The position numbers were made by a program, and so were the translations under genes. Positions 21,101-32,899 of a stretch of DNA of 64,000 nt are shown here, in pieces (position 1 is the first letter of the stretch; each line of letters begins with the position of its first letter). Source of the DNA: Oculina patagonica (Eukaryota); NCBI RefSeq assembly GCF_052425735.1, contig NC_135758.1, positions 36,084,001-36,148,000 of the forward strand, in the 5' to 3' direction. The notes under the pieces are model-generated. The model ran no database searches. It was not told the origin of the DNA and saw only the letters and a program-made list of their open reading frames with translations.

Positions 21101-23999
21101 TTGGGCTCGGTTTGGTGTGGAGTTTTTTGGTGTTGTTTGGTTTCCGGCAGCTACATTTATCTGCTTCGAGTTTTGTCAGTTCACTTTATTGTCTTTATCC
21201 TTTTTGTTTAGCTGGAGTGATATCTTTTTTTTATTATTTTGTGTGTGATTATATTATAAACTTAAGAAGACTTAGTTGTAGACTATACAGTTTTTGTGTG
21301 TATCCTGTTTTAGTTACCCTGGTCCAGTGCTTCTTGTCAGGCGGATGAGAGATGAGATCATCACAACTGAGTAAGACATTCACATGTACCTATTACATGT
21401 CTGTTTTTACTGTGTACCTTTCTTGAATTTGCACGCGACAGTCAGAAGCCTTACCTTGATTGGGTACCGTGAATCATACCTTGATCATGAGTTATTTTTG
21501 GTACACTTCGGTGGCATAACAGGTGATTTCCCTACTTGAAACAAAATTACGAACTGTGGTTCGACCTAACCTGCAATCAGGCGTGTGTGTTTTTTAGGGT
21601 GAGTAGGGAGGGAGGGCGGGCATGATTTCTGGTTAGGCTCAAATAAACTCATCTGCCACCGAAGCATTCCCACCTCCCCCCTCCCCGCCCAAAAAAGTTT
21701 GGTTCACTATCCAGTGTATTTACAGTGCTAATTGTAACATGCAATACACATTCTTTTTCGTTTGTGGTGGTTATTTGGATCGTCACACAACACTTCCAAC
21801 TAGCTAGTGGGCAAAAAATTTGCGTGACAAAGCTTCTGTCTATTTAGTTGGGAGATGAGTTGCGTGACGACACAAAATTAATAACCGCTGTAAAGGAGGC
21901 TAATAATTATGCATATTCACAAAGTACTACAGTCTTACAAGAAGTTGTCCCATCAACAGTTGCTATCCTTGACTTTGTTCTGTTTCTTTTCAGGGAAGGA
22001 GAGATAAGCTCAAACCGTGGCAATGATCTGCTCTTGAAGTTTCTAAAGTTCAGGTAACATTCTTACTCTGGCCAGGTACATGTGTTTTCTGTACGGAGCT
22101 TGATTATGTGGTTATTTTGTGTATAACTGGTAAGATCATGCGCACTGTGTATAAAGAAACTTTTCTCAGTTAGCCTTGTCTCTTACACCTGTTCACACAT
22201 ATACCAAAATTAGCAGAGGGCAGAAAACAACCGTACCCGCAGCACAGTTTGATACGAGTAGCGGACGTAGTCCCTGGTGTTGTGGTCTTGCCTGTTCACA
22301 GGTATGTATCCATGGGGTGGGTGGGTGGGGCACCTTTTTTTGGCTGACGTCCGACGTCACCCCTGACTTGAATTTTAAAGCGCATGTAAACATACATTAT
22401 ATGAAATGTGCGTTAAAATTACATGACCATTACATTGGATCAGCACATAAAGTAGAGTGAAAATGCTGTTTTTTCTTTCTCACTCAGGTATCCTAATCTA
22501 GTTTATGATGATAGTGAAGATGCACTGTTGGAATACCTTGCTGCTCCTGATCAAGCCACCAAGAGTAAGTGCTATGTTAAGATTAATTTTATGGTAGCCA
22601 CTTACAAGCTCTTAAAGGGACTATGTCACGGATATTTCGCAGATTTTTGTTCTAATCTGTTTTGAAATTAGTGAAAGGCAACTTTACCCATAAAAAGCAA
22701 AACCAATCGTTCCGCGTTTTGTTTTTTTTTTTATCTTTGAACATGTAAAGGAAGATATAACCGTAATTTGCTGGATAGAAATCAAGCTACGGCTTTAAAT
22801 ATCGATTTTTTGAAGACGTGCGGAAACAGAAGGGGCCGTATCATGAGCATCACTTCAAAAAGTCTGTCAAAAGATATCTAGGTTTGTTAACAGTCAAAGT
22901 GACAAAAGATATATTATCATCAGTTATACAGGCATGAGATTTCAATCAAAAACTGAAAACGTCTGCCATGTCAAACTCTGCCCATGTGTCTTGGATAAAA
23001 TCGTTTAAAACTAATTACACTTTGCTCTCCTTTGAATGATTCACTTAATGTCTTCACCTTGGTGTTCCAGGCGCATCTTGTGAATGCGGGAAGCTATTAA
23101 GTCATAGTTTAGCTCCGTTATGGCCACAAATGCATCAAACTCACAATGATACTGCCCCTTGAATGAACTAAACTGAAGCAGTTGACTCCAATAGAACATG
23201 GTCTCTAATTTTATAGTAGTGGCCTCTCTCAGAAAGAGAGAGTTAACTTTCACTTTCTGTGTTGCAGAAGCCATTTGGAACAGCTTGAACGTTGACGTTA
23301 GTTTGTGTAGGTCAATGTACAGGAGTTATGTTGAGCTAAATGGCCGGGATTTTCCTATGATGTTAGGTAAGCTCAATCGATTTAATCATCTTTTTGTACA
23401 TTTTTCTTTTCTATTTTTTGGCAAATCAAAGGCGTTTTCGGATTTAATGACGGCATATTTTTGTTGTTACCATCAGGTCAAGATCTGTCGGTGGAGCAAC
23501 GAACTCATCTGGTAATGTTTCTGGTAAGTTGCTCGAAATGTTGATTCTCCTCACCCTTACTAGTCTGTAGTCCCACCCTTGTTTTGAGAATTTGGCTTTA
23601 TATCAAGACAGTGTTCCTTAGTTGTTGTTTATCTAGGTTCTTGTTGTCACCTGCCCGACAATGCAGTGGTGGATGTATGGGAGGGACCCGGGGCCCCTGG
23701 GCCCCCACTGTTTTTTCAGGCCAAACAAAGGCCTGTAGGGTTGAAATAAATTATTTTCGGGAACGGGCCCCCTCTTATTCTTGGAGTCTGGATTATCGGG
23801 TCCCCACTTTATACCTGAAGGTCTGGATCTGCCACTGCAATGTGTTGCTACTGTCAAAAAAGAAATAAATGATATGTCGATTGTGGCTCAATTAAAATGT
23901 TATTTCTCCTAGGTGTTACAATATCTGATGGACTTTGATGCCACACACTGTGTGAACTTGCCAGCATCTGAGTTCCGATTGCCCTGGAATGAGCAGTGA
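1831..23999 (+). CDS. ABHD16A: ABHD16A (BAT5) phosphatidylserine lipase, alpha/beta-hydrolase; complete 22-exon gene, 533 aa
   Basis: Exons, all GT-AG with consistent phases (1602 nt): 1831-1899, 2104-2160, 3059-3137, 3517-3603, 14141-14226, 14385-14458, 14899-14994, 15983-16056, 16750-16790, 17503-17607, 18018-18081, 18742-18791, 18906-19017, 19541-19593, 19677-19740, 20897-20960, 21314-21370, 21994-22053, 22488-22564, 23268-23366, 23477-23523, 23913-23999. Family motifs recognised: MAEFYRCAVGPQLHRIF, WPVDYKW, YFVAHSLGRPLVYPGS, DGNEIDTMF, CEGNAGFYEVG, GYSVLGWNHPGFAGS, nucleophile YAWSIGG, RRMRDEII (Asp), SNRGNDLLLK, FDATHC (His). Confidence 0.96.
2598..2947. mobile_element. PIF/Harbinger-like MITE
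   Basis: TIRs GGGCCTAATTACATG...CATGTAATCAGGCCC in a TAA/TTA context, with repeated internal TCAGCC(T/C)GGGCTGA palindromes. Confidence 0.7.
5395..5790. mobile_element. TA-flanked MITE (Tc1/mariner-like) inside the Helentron
   Basis: About 50-bp TIRs CTTTTGCCGCCCGCTTTGCGAAGTT...AACTTCGCAAAGCGGGCGGCCAAAG with TA on both sides. Confidence 0.8.
6263..13332. mobile_element. 7.07-kb foldback (palindromic) non-autonomous DNA element, superfamily unassigned
   Basis: 6265-9610 is the reverse complement of 9963-13330; the ORF track shows mirrored ORF pairs. About a dozen substitutions or 1-bp indels plus one 21-bp indel were seen by eye. Termini are (AA)CAGG...CCTG(TT), flanked by AAAA on both sides. 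Each end has two tandem 19-bp repeats. No long ORF. Confidence 0.93.
15157..15193. repeat. (AAT)n microsatellite followed by AT-rich low-complexity DNA to about 15370
   Basis: Direct inspection. Confidence 0.9.
16078..16297 (+). mobile_element. MITE with 5-bp TSD (hAT5-like), copy 1
   Basis: 14-bp TIR CAACCCTCCAAGTT; TSD TACAT. Confidence 0.85.
16528..16703 (+). mobile_element. MITE with 6-bp TSD; inverted relative at 46339-46492
   Basis: TIRs CAGGGTGTTCATTA...TAATGAAAACCCTG; TSD TTGTCC here and GGAGGG/GGAAGG at the second copy. Confidence 0.8.
16842..17400 (+). mobile_element. Crypton-derived non-autonomous element with an N-terminal tyrosine-recombinase remnant (17006-17236)
   Basis: ORF MAERFAPVSEEELKVLIENKDSKNTKRTTK...VLTKFYAGARKSDGKLF resembles the N-terminus of Crypton/DUF3504-type recombinases. 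A GC-rich hairpin region follows (17270-17370). No TSD seen. Confidence 0.7.
18129..18438. mobile_element. hAT-like MITE with 5-bp TSD; inverted relative at 45198-45380
   Basis: CATGG(A/T)TGC(A/C)ACAG-type TIRs and internal GTCAGGGAA repeats; TSD TTTTT here and CTCCT at the second copy. Confidence 0.65.
19851..20452. mobile_element. Non-autonomous TIR element with 10-bp TSD (Mutator-like?), inserted in the SINE
   Basis: Subterminal inverted repeats ACCGCGGTCAAACGT/ACGTTTGACCGCGGT; GCAATAGCCT duplicated at 19841-19850 and 20453-20462. Confidence 0.7.
19873..20091 (-). mobile_element. MITE with 5-bp TSD (hAT5-like), copy 2, inverted relative to copy 1
   Basis: Same TIR; TSD TTCAG; roughly 95% identical to 16078-16297 by eye. 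Confidence 0.85.
22616..23159. mobile_element. Kolobok-like MITE (TTAA target)
   Basis: TTAA-AGGGACTATGTCAC...TGATACTGCCCCT-TGAA; right end degenerate. Confidence 0.55.
23664..23837. mobile_element. MITE with 5-bp TSD
   Basis: CAGTGGTGGAT...ATCTGCCACTG; TSD CAATG. Confidence 0.7.
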
Positions 24000-25016
24000 A
24001 TTCGACGCTAGTTTGCAGAACAGGTGTTTTTTTGGTCTCCCAGTAAAGCACCAATCCCATGCCTCGCGTTTGGGTTGCTTTTCAGAATCCCTTTAAATCG
24101 CCTGTTCTGCGGACTTAATCTCGTTCCAAGATCTCATGGTGTGGTGTATATTTCGTGGACAATTTTGTTACAATTTTCTTAAACACAACAAGTGATCAGA
24201 GAACATTAATTTTGCCAGTAGTTGTGTTGCATGGTGTAAGATTTTTATTAACTTGTGGAAGACAAGTATAGCCTGTACGAACTAGTTTGAATTAGTTATT
24301 TGGTTAGGACGTTTCAAAGTCAATATCAATACTCGAAACTAGAATATGAGTTTTATTTAACTTAGTTTAATTTTAGATAGCGTTATTTTGTGTTCAGTGG
24401 TGATAATAATGTTATAACGAGGTAAACTTCCGAGTCGTTGTAATAAACAAATACTTTCGTTGTGTGAGTATATATAGTAAAGCAGTAAATAAAACCAGGC
24501 AGACAAGCCTTTTACTGTATGTAGTAGCCAAACCTTCTTGAGCAACCATTTATCTTCGGCGGCTGCGACCACTTTTTGGGCTGGGTTCAACTGTTCAAAG
24601 GGTGGATAACGGTATACAAGGGATAAATCGCTATCCAGGAGATAACGTTTATACAAAACCTACCGGTACTTCACTATCTACCGGATAGTGATTTATCTGG
24701 CGGATAGCGTTTTTTCCTGATGGTTTAAAATTTTCTGTTGTTTCTAACCTCCGATAAACCACCAGTTCACACGATTCGACGCTATCGTTGGGTAATTAGA
24801 TGCCCCTACAGCCCTATTAATACGACGATTTTGTTTGTTTTTATATAAGTCTTTTCGAATTACTAAATATGTTCTTGAATAAAGCGATTTGGGGTATACG
24901 AACGTATTTGGGCATAGATTAAAGTCCCTGAAACAACTACAGGCTGACTTAAACTTAAGAGCAAGAGCCTCTGCCGGTGTGGACTGACCTCTTTTTACGG
25001 GAACTTTGACTTAAAC

Positions 25017-27969
25017 TAGTCCGGCGGCATAGCTCAAAATTTCGGCTGAATTGTGCACTTCTTGTTACCAGGCTGAAATTTTGCACCCAGCGAAAGACTA
25101 TCGAAGTAAACATTTTAAGCTATAGAACCACCTCGACAGAGACGCTGTTTCCATGGAAACTGCATTTAAATGAGCTACCTGTGGGAAGCGATTTTCTGCA
25201 TGTTTAAGGGGAGATATAGATATGTTTGCGTGTAGGGATGGCCAAGAGCGGCCCTGCCGAGATGTACAACGGAATAAAATGCCATCGCCATGGTTACCGC
25301 ATCTTAATTATGCAAGTTATACATTGTTTGCAAGTTCAGATCAGGAAATTGAACAACAAATCACTCATCATTCACACTTTAATTCCTTTTTTCTGTTAGT
25401 TAATCTGTCCATAATTATACTCCATTTTCCAGCTTATTTTCACTAAATTATAATATAAGCAAACTTCTTATTTTTTGTCTGTGTGTCTCTGTGTTGCTGT
25501 ATTTTGTTATCTTAGTCCTATCTAATTATTATTCATCTTGTATTAAAATTTTAATTTAATTTAGGGTGCAAATGAAGTGTTGTGTTTTGTTGTTGTGTTG
25601 TTTTTTGTGTTCAATACTTCTCTTTAGAGGTACAATGTTGAAATTTGCCATGTGTTAATATAGCAACCTAGAGAACTGCTGACTTGATATAGCTTATCAC
25701 CGCTAGCGGCTCTAGTGACATACACATAGCTATAGATATTGTGTCTTTCTAGATCAAAATGATGTCTGGAAACTATTATCTTAAATATTTTTTTATGACA
25801 CGCACAGACACAGTGAAGTGCAAGGCAAATTAGCCTTTTACAGCACTCGCATCTATTGTTGCTCCAGCTGGTCTTGCAGCCACATAGGACGAACTCTTGA
25901 CAGAACATTGCAGCGTCAGGCAGTGTGCGCCGTATCCGTCGCCATGTCTTGTCGCTGAACGTCCAGTCCCATTCTTCTGGGTGCGATACCTTGGTCCCTC
26001 TTTCAGATAAAGATGTTGATTATCGAGGTTGCCTTCGCGATACTGGCAACAACTATTGCCTTTAGTTTGGTAAACAATGGACAATCTGCTCGGGAGGGGA
26101 TTTTAATTTCGGCTGTTTCTTTCCTAGATCAAATTGACTGGTCTCCTCAAAAGATTGCCCAGCCCCTCTATTATATTTTTGACACCAGGGGTCTGAAATG
26201 ATCCTTGAACCTTGTTTAACTTGCATTGAAAGTACTCTAGCCTGCGTCGCAGCCGGACGTGTCACAAAACCTCGGTATAGTATACCGAGTTTTAGTTTCG
26301 TCTGCAACGCAGGCTAAAAGTACTCGTGATGGGGCAGCATGTGAGTGCTTGTCTTCGTCACTATGTTCAAACTGTCTGAGGACCAACCTCGCTAGTTCAG
26401 GTCCAGATACCATCCACTTTAGCAACACACTTGGATTCTCCCCGCCGTCCTGTTGGATAAGTTCAATTTGTCAGGGATCGCGGTTTCTTTCTTACTTCTC
26501 CACGTGCAAATCGAATCAGCTTCTTTTCCCTTCTGAACGGATTTCACATACTTCCTGCATTCCTGTTTCTGAAGAATAAAAAAAACTTGCTGCAGATTCC
26601 TTAAGAGAGCACCTAGTGCGCGTAATATGTGCACAGTTGAGAAGCGATTCCGCTCTTTTCCTGCTGTAGTGATCTTAGCTTGTGACAGAACTTCAACCCA
26701 TCCACTGCCAGCGAGCCAGGTCCCGAAAGCCTTTAATGCCGCCTGCTCGATGTGAAGACCACCAAGCATGACTTCCAGCTTATCTTCCTATGTACGATTC
26801 TTCTGAGCCCACTCGACTGTTTTTGCTAAAGCAAAGAGCGGCTGATCGCAAGCAATAACCACAGTTTGTCCCGGACTTACATGGTGCTTGCACGAAATAT
26901 TCGTTTCCCCTAAGTGGCCTGTCCCCCCTAAAAGAAACAGCATTTTCTGTCCTACAATCGTACTAGCAATACCACATCTCGAGCGCTTTTCAATATCACC
27001 TGGTTAAGCGTTTTGAATTTGGTAGTGTTTTACTACCTTATTGATACTTATGTTTGCAGGACTTAATTTTCGCGATTTTCGCAAATCGCGAAATTAAAGA
27101 TCCCGCGACCCGCGAAAAATTTATTTTTAAAGATTTTTAATTATTGTATTTTTAGGTTTTTAACGTATTTTTTGGCCAAAGTACGGTAAGTCCGGCGAAT
27201 CGAAATATTCCCCTTCCATTTTCGCGAAACTAAGTTCTCGCAATAAAAATTGTACTACGTGGTATGACTTAGCCCATGAGGCATTGTGCCTCAAACGCGT
27301 CTCAGATATTCTCTCTCCTGCATCTGGCTCTGGTAAGTCTATGTGAAGTTCTTTAGTCTCATTAAACTCTGCAAATCCTTTTCAAGGGTGAAATATCCAG
27401 CACCGCGGTTGCTCAGTTTCGAGTTTGCTGGAAATTCACTATTCTCGCTTGTATGTTCTTGGCAAAAAAAAAAAAAGTTTAAACAACGGCCCAGTAATAC
27501 CAGCTGGTCACTGAAAATCCGTTAACAATTTTCCCTTTTGCCTGTGCTAAAATGCCACTGCGAAAATAATATTGCCAAAACACGGGCAAAGGAAGACAAT
27601 TCACCGGCAAGTAACAAATTTGCATACAATTTTTGCACGCATAATTATCCACTAGTTTTTGTATTTGTTTGTATGAATGGCTCATTAATACATCAAAATT
27701 TATTTTTTTAGAAGTAAATGTTTAAATTAATACTACATTTTCACTTTTTGCACAAATGATTGAGTCATTCCTGAGTTACTAAAAGATGGCGTACGTCTTC
27801 GCGGGGGGTCTCAGCGAGAAAAAAACTACAACACCATTTACAGGTAATACGGTGAGAACCGAGAGTGGTTCTATAGCAGAAGTTAATCACCATGCATATC
27901 TCTATTGATCTGGAAAATATGAGATTAGTAACAAAAATGACACAATTTTTCAGCTATGCCGCCGGACTA
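25017..27969 (-). mobile_element. Decayed Academ DNA transposon
   Basis: TIRs TAGTCCGGCGGCATAGCT...AGCTATGCCGCCGGACTA with 3-bp TSD AAC, and a second inverted block GCTATAGAACCAC. TAG..CTA termini with a 3-4 bp TSD are the Academ pattern. Confidence 0.82.
25790..26885 (-). pseudogene. Frameshifted Academ-type transposase remnant
   Basis: Fragments in different frames: PGQTVVIACDQPLFALAK, MLGGLHIEQAALKAFGTWLAGSGW, WMVSGPELARL, and a Cys-rich tail CQEFVLCGCK..CECCK..CVC. Confidence 0.72.
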
Positions 27970-28390
27970 AACGGGAGCCTGCGGGGAGAAAGAAGGGGAA
28001 CATGACGTGAAAGTGGTAAAAAACCCACCAGGAACCCATGGGAAAATGCATGGGGGGGGGGGGGGGGGTGTACGTATCACAGAACACGTGCTGGGAAAGT
28101 ACATCGGTTGGGTTATAAAAGTTGGAAAATAACCATGGTGAAAACGGCAGTTTTTTTGGTTATTGATAAAAAAAATAACCGTAATGAAAATGGAACCAAA
28201 AAGTTCTTTAGGCTGCCTCGTGGTACGATTGGAAAATTGCGAACTGGAGGATGAATTGAACAATATTTCTCCTTGGACCTTCATTCATCCACTAAAAAAT
28301 CAAAAATTGTTCACACCTTGTCCAGCGGATTATTACAACGACCGCCCCATTGCGAACCTCTGCGGAGGAGAGAGGCTCAACATAAGTTAA

Positions 28391-30000
28391 AGGAGAAGTT
28401 CACTCCAGAATGGCCATTAATTTTTTTTACGCCAATAAAAAGTTTATGCAAAGATATGTTATTCAACAAAATTTCAGCTTCTAACGAGCGCTTAAACCCT
28501 ACGAAATCCTTTTCTGAAGTAGCCCAAAACTCGACAACTGAACGCCGCCATCTTGGAGCTGTTAATGTATGCGTGACGTCAAAGAGCTCATCCTGAAGTT
28601 GAGCGGGAAAATTTTAATTACCTCAAACTCCTTGTTTCTTTGTAGTGGCTTTTGTTTGTCAAAATGCCTGTTTGTGCAGCTGCATTTTGCTTAAACAGAG
28701 CTCCAAGAAATACAAAAAGAGGTATTTCCGTTTTCACCGTCTTTCAATATTTAAAGAACAATTGCTCAAAAGCGGACACAAATATTTGTGTGTTTCGGCA
28801 ATAAATCGGGGACCGATCGAGTTCATTATCGAAGTGCAATTTTCTGCAACTTTTTCAGATTGATCTATTATTACCTATCCTTCGAGAACCTCGATTTTTC
28901 TCGTCGTCCCGCTCGACAATCTGTCTCTGGGTCATCGAGGATGATCATGATACCAATGTTGCAGTATTGCATACGGTATGTGCATGTTGCAATCAAGATT
29001 TGTGACAAACAGAACATAAACAACCAATAAGTCCATAAACGGCAATGACGCCAATGTCCTTCGCGGTAATAAACGTCCTCCTCCACTGTTCACGTCAGTC
29101 ATGACGACATGAACGCGAACATTGCTGTTTCGTTTTGTTTACAGCATCCATCCTAGTTATTTTATGCCGGACGTTTCCTTGAACATTATAAAAAATTACC
29201 AAAGTAGCAAACCGTACCAGTTTGTCGTAGCAGTGCTACTGAAAAGAATATATTTACTTGTTTGCTTGACCACAAATAATCGCCGGGACCTCGATCAAAC
29301 GCCCCAGGGTTTACTTAAAAGTTAGCAGTTTTGACCCGGCGTTTATACGAAGCCGGCGTTTAATCGGGGACCCGCGTTTAATCGAGAAAATACGACGAAG
29401 TCAACAACAACAACAGAGAGTTTCTCTGGTTGATTAAAAATCCTCCCTGATATAAAGTAAAAAAGTGAAATAGCATAATCGTAAGATTGGTTGGTATTGC
29501 GTCTGCCTTTTTCTTTTTTTGTGGGTATTTTCACTCAGGAGACTGTATCTTTGATCTTCTTCGAAGCAGTCTTCCGTATAGTTTTCGAACACACAAATAT
29601 TTATGTGCCCTTTGCCAGGAATTTTTCGTTTCTGACCATTCTTATAATCCATTCGTGAGCATTTTTTCTTTTAGATATTGAAAGACGGTGAAAGGTTTTT
29701 TGTATCTCTTGGAGCTCTGTTTGAGAAACATGGAGCTGCACCAACAGGCATTTTGACAAACAAAACAAAACAAAGAGTTTTTAGTATTCAAACTTCAGGC
29801 TGAGCTCTTTGACGTCACGCATACATTACTAGCTCCAAGATGGCGGCGTTCAGTTGTCGAATTTTGGACTACTTTAGAGAAAGATTTCGTAGGGTTTTAG
29901 CGCTCGTTGGAAGCTGAAATGTTGGTGAATAACATATTTTTGTATAAACTTTTTATTGGCGTAAAGAAAATAAATGGCCATTCTGGAGTGAACTTCTCCT
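28391..30000. mobile_element. Kolobok-like non-autonomous element with long (about 400 bp) imperfect TIRs
   Basis: TTAA-AGGAGAAGTTCACTCCAGAATGGCCATT...AATGGCCATTCTGGAGTGAACTTCTCCT-TTAA; inverted similarity is traceable to about 28800/29585. Confidence 0.85.
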
Positions 30001-32200
30001 TTAACTTATTCTGTAGCGTGTCATTCACAACACGCCGTACACGATACTATACTCGTCAGTCTACTCGTCATAAGCCCTTCTGTTTGCAATTTAAGTGGAA
30101 AGGGTTCTAAAACAACTTTGATCGAATTGCATCCCTAGAATACCAAATCTTTCAGAGGAACCTTACATTTGAAAGGTTTACACAGGAATGCAGCAGTCCC
30201 AAAATCTTCGTGTCACGCGTTTAGACACGAGGCAAAAAGCGCTTGGAGGTTGGAGAGAGTTAAATAAAATAACAGGCGGGGTCGATGGTAGCCTTTGATA
30301 AGAAATAGCCTCGGAACGAGTTGTTACATTTATTAAACAGTTATAGTTTTGTTTGCACGATTTCTTTAACAGCAAAATATACACTGAAGGGTCGTGAAGT
30401 AATTAAGACAACTTCCAAGAGTATTATGAATAAAAAGTTTATTTCCATTAAAAATCCAATGTAAAAATGCCAACTATTATTCATCATATAAATAAATACT
30501 GTACATCACACTATTATATAAGCTACCTACCTAAATTGATCGGAGCGAAATTATGTATTATTATTTAAAAACTATTGCATTTTTCATAAATCAGCTGAGA
30601 GTAAATTAAATGAACAGTGGTTCGATTTTTCAGTTTTGCACGGGCCGTTGTTAATATAGTATAGATAATCACATGATTTTGAGTGCAATTTGAATTAAAT
30701 GAGCACGAGTAATTTTTCAAAGGCTTAAAACTTGCACGATCCCGTAGAGTTCTCTTTGGAAGTCTTCGCAGGACTTCGGCTATCGGGTGAGCTCCGGCAA
30801 TCTTTGAAATACCTCGGATGAACGTCGGCAGTCTTCGAGTTTCTTTGCACCAACTCTCGTGTCAACTTTGCACCCAAGTTACACTTTTCGGCATAGATGC
30901 ACTCCTTTTTTAGCCAATCAGAGCTCATTATTTTAAAGTGTATAATTAAACGATTATTGTGTCTTTTTCCAACTGGAATCTAAAGCCATGAATGTCGACC
31001 TTTAATAATTTGACTTCTGGACTTTTCTTTATTAACAATGGCCCATTGAAAGCAATCATCCACTTTCTGCATTTGAAATGCAGACTGGAAATTACAGATG
31101 CGAAAAGCAAGGCACTGCCGATCTACGTCAGTACCTGTTTAACTTTTTACAATTTCTAATCCTTCGGTATTATTGTTCAGTTTTCACACTTTTGTCTATC
31201 AGTTTTCTAAAAAAAAACCGTTACGTGGAAGTCCAACTGAGAGCTAAAACAGCTTCAGTTTAACTCTAGTACCTTTTATTTTTGCGTGGGTCTCATTTTC
31301 GTTATGTACTGCTTGTATATGTTTTTGGCCATACAACTTAACTTCTAGTCTGGTCTAGCTTTGTACGTAACTCGTAAAATATCGATAACTATCGCCCACG
31401 TTGGTACGATTTTGTGAATTCTAACCTCCCTGAAAATAAAGGGCTTCAGGTTGGAAATATTAAAGAAATCATACCTACTAACCCGTGCCTAAAAAAGTTG
31501 TAAAAAATGGAGTTAAAACAGGAGTAGCTTTATACAGATTTAAAAATTAAAACAGCGTAAAGACGAGCAGTAAAAAAAACTGAACAGATATGGCTCCTGT
31601 CTCGGATAAAAACAATCGCGAACAATATTTTTTCTATAACGTTTTCGCGCTATTTAGCTGTTCCATATAATTTAATTTATTACTTATCATGAAAATCATT
31701 GCGTTGACATCAATCATCGAGTCGGCTTAACAGTGTGTACGAAACTACTTTTCCCTATTTTGTTCCGAGCTCCAAACATTCATTAAGCCATGAAAATTTA
31801 GCTGCACAACAAACGAAAATGATTGATAAATTTATGACCATTATGAAAACCAAGTTTTCAAACCAAGTGGCGTAAACTTTATTACTGCTTGCTCATTTTT
31901 TATACGGGTTCTGAAATCCATTCCAATTGTGACGATTTCAAGTATTTTGTTTGTCATTTCACGCCATTTTATCATGACCAACCCTTTAGTAAAGAGCTTG
32001 ACCCCTAACAAACTGACTTCTCGTAATGCGAGAATGTAATGCCGCATGGCGTCTTATAAAATTAGACTTCAATGACTACCTCTTGGGTATCTTAAAATAC
32101 AAAGTTCAGTTGACTTTTTAGCTTTAGAATAATAATATTCTCACAATATATACACAACTGCGTCTGTTATTTTGACCAGTCTCAAATGTCCCAGTATTTA

Positions 32201-32862
32201 TCATGCGCCCGCACATCGTCCGTACTGGTCAGCAGCGACACTAAACTGCGCCAGCAAGTCGTCAGCCTCTCTATCAAGATCCTGGATCTCTCGGCCCAGC
32301 CTCTCCAGTTCGTCTCTCTGAGCGATGTACTGTTCCAGCAATTCTAAAAGATAAAAAAAAGTTTGCTAAATTATTGACGGAAAGTCGATTGTTTCGAAGA
32401 AACGACACAAGGATTTATCACACATTGACATCTGCAATGGGCAATTTAGCAATGTAAATAAACAATATTGCAAATTGAACATTGAACTTTAACCATTAAG
32501 AATCCCAGCTGGTTGGTTATTTGTAAAGCACGCTCGCGAAGTTGAACTCGGGACCACCACGAACAAGTGCAGTAAGTCGTGAGGTAGGAGCCTCGAGGAT
32601 CTTAAATCTGGCACCCTAAGGCGCCCTAACCACCCGGCTACGCAGCATTCCCTCTCAGTTCACTTGTCACAAGCCATGTCAATTTGTCATCTACTGTTCT
32701 TAACTTAGGGAGCAAAAGAATTTTTAAGAGCATAGTAGCCACAAAACGATTATTTTGTATAGTATTCAACAGGGCCTAGTTGTTCGAAGGATGGATAACG
32801 CTATTCACCGGATAAATCACTATCCAGTGGATAGCGTAGTTTTTTTGTTAGCATTTATCCAC

Positions 32863-32899
<37 letters not shown>

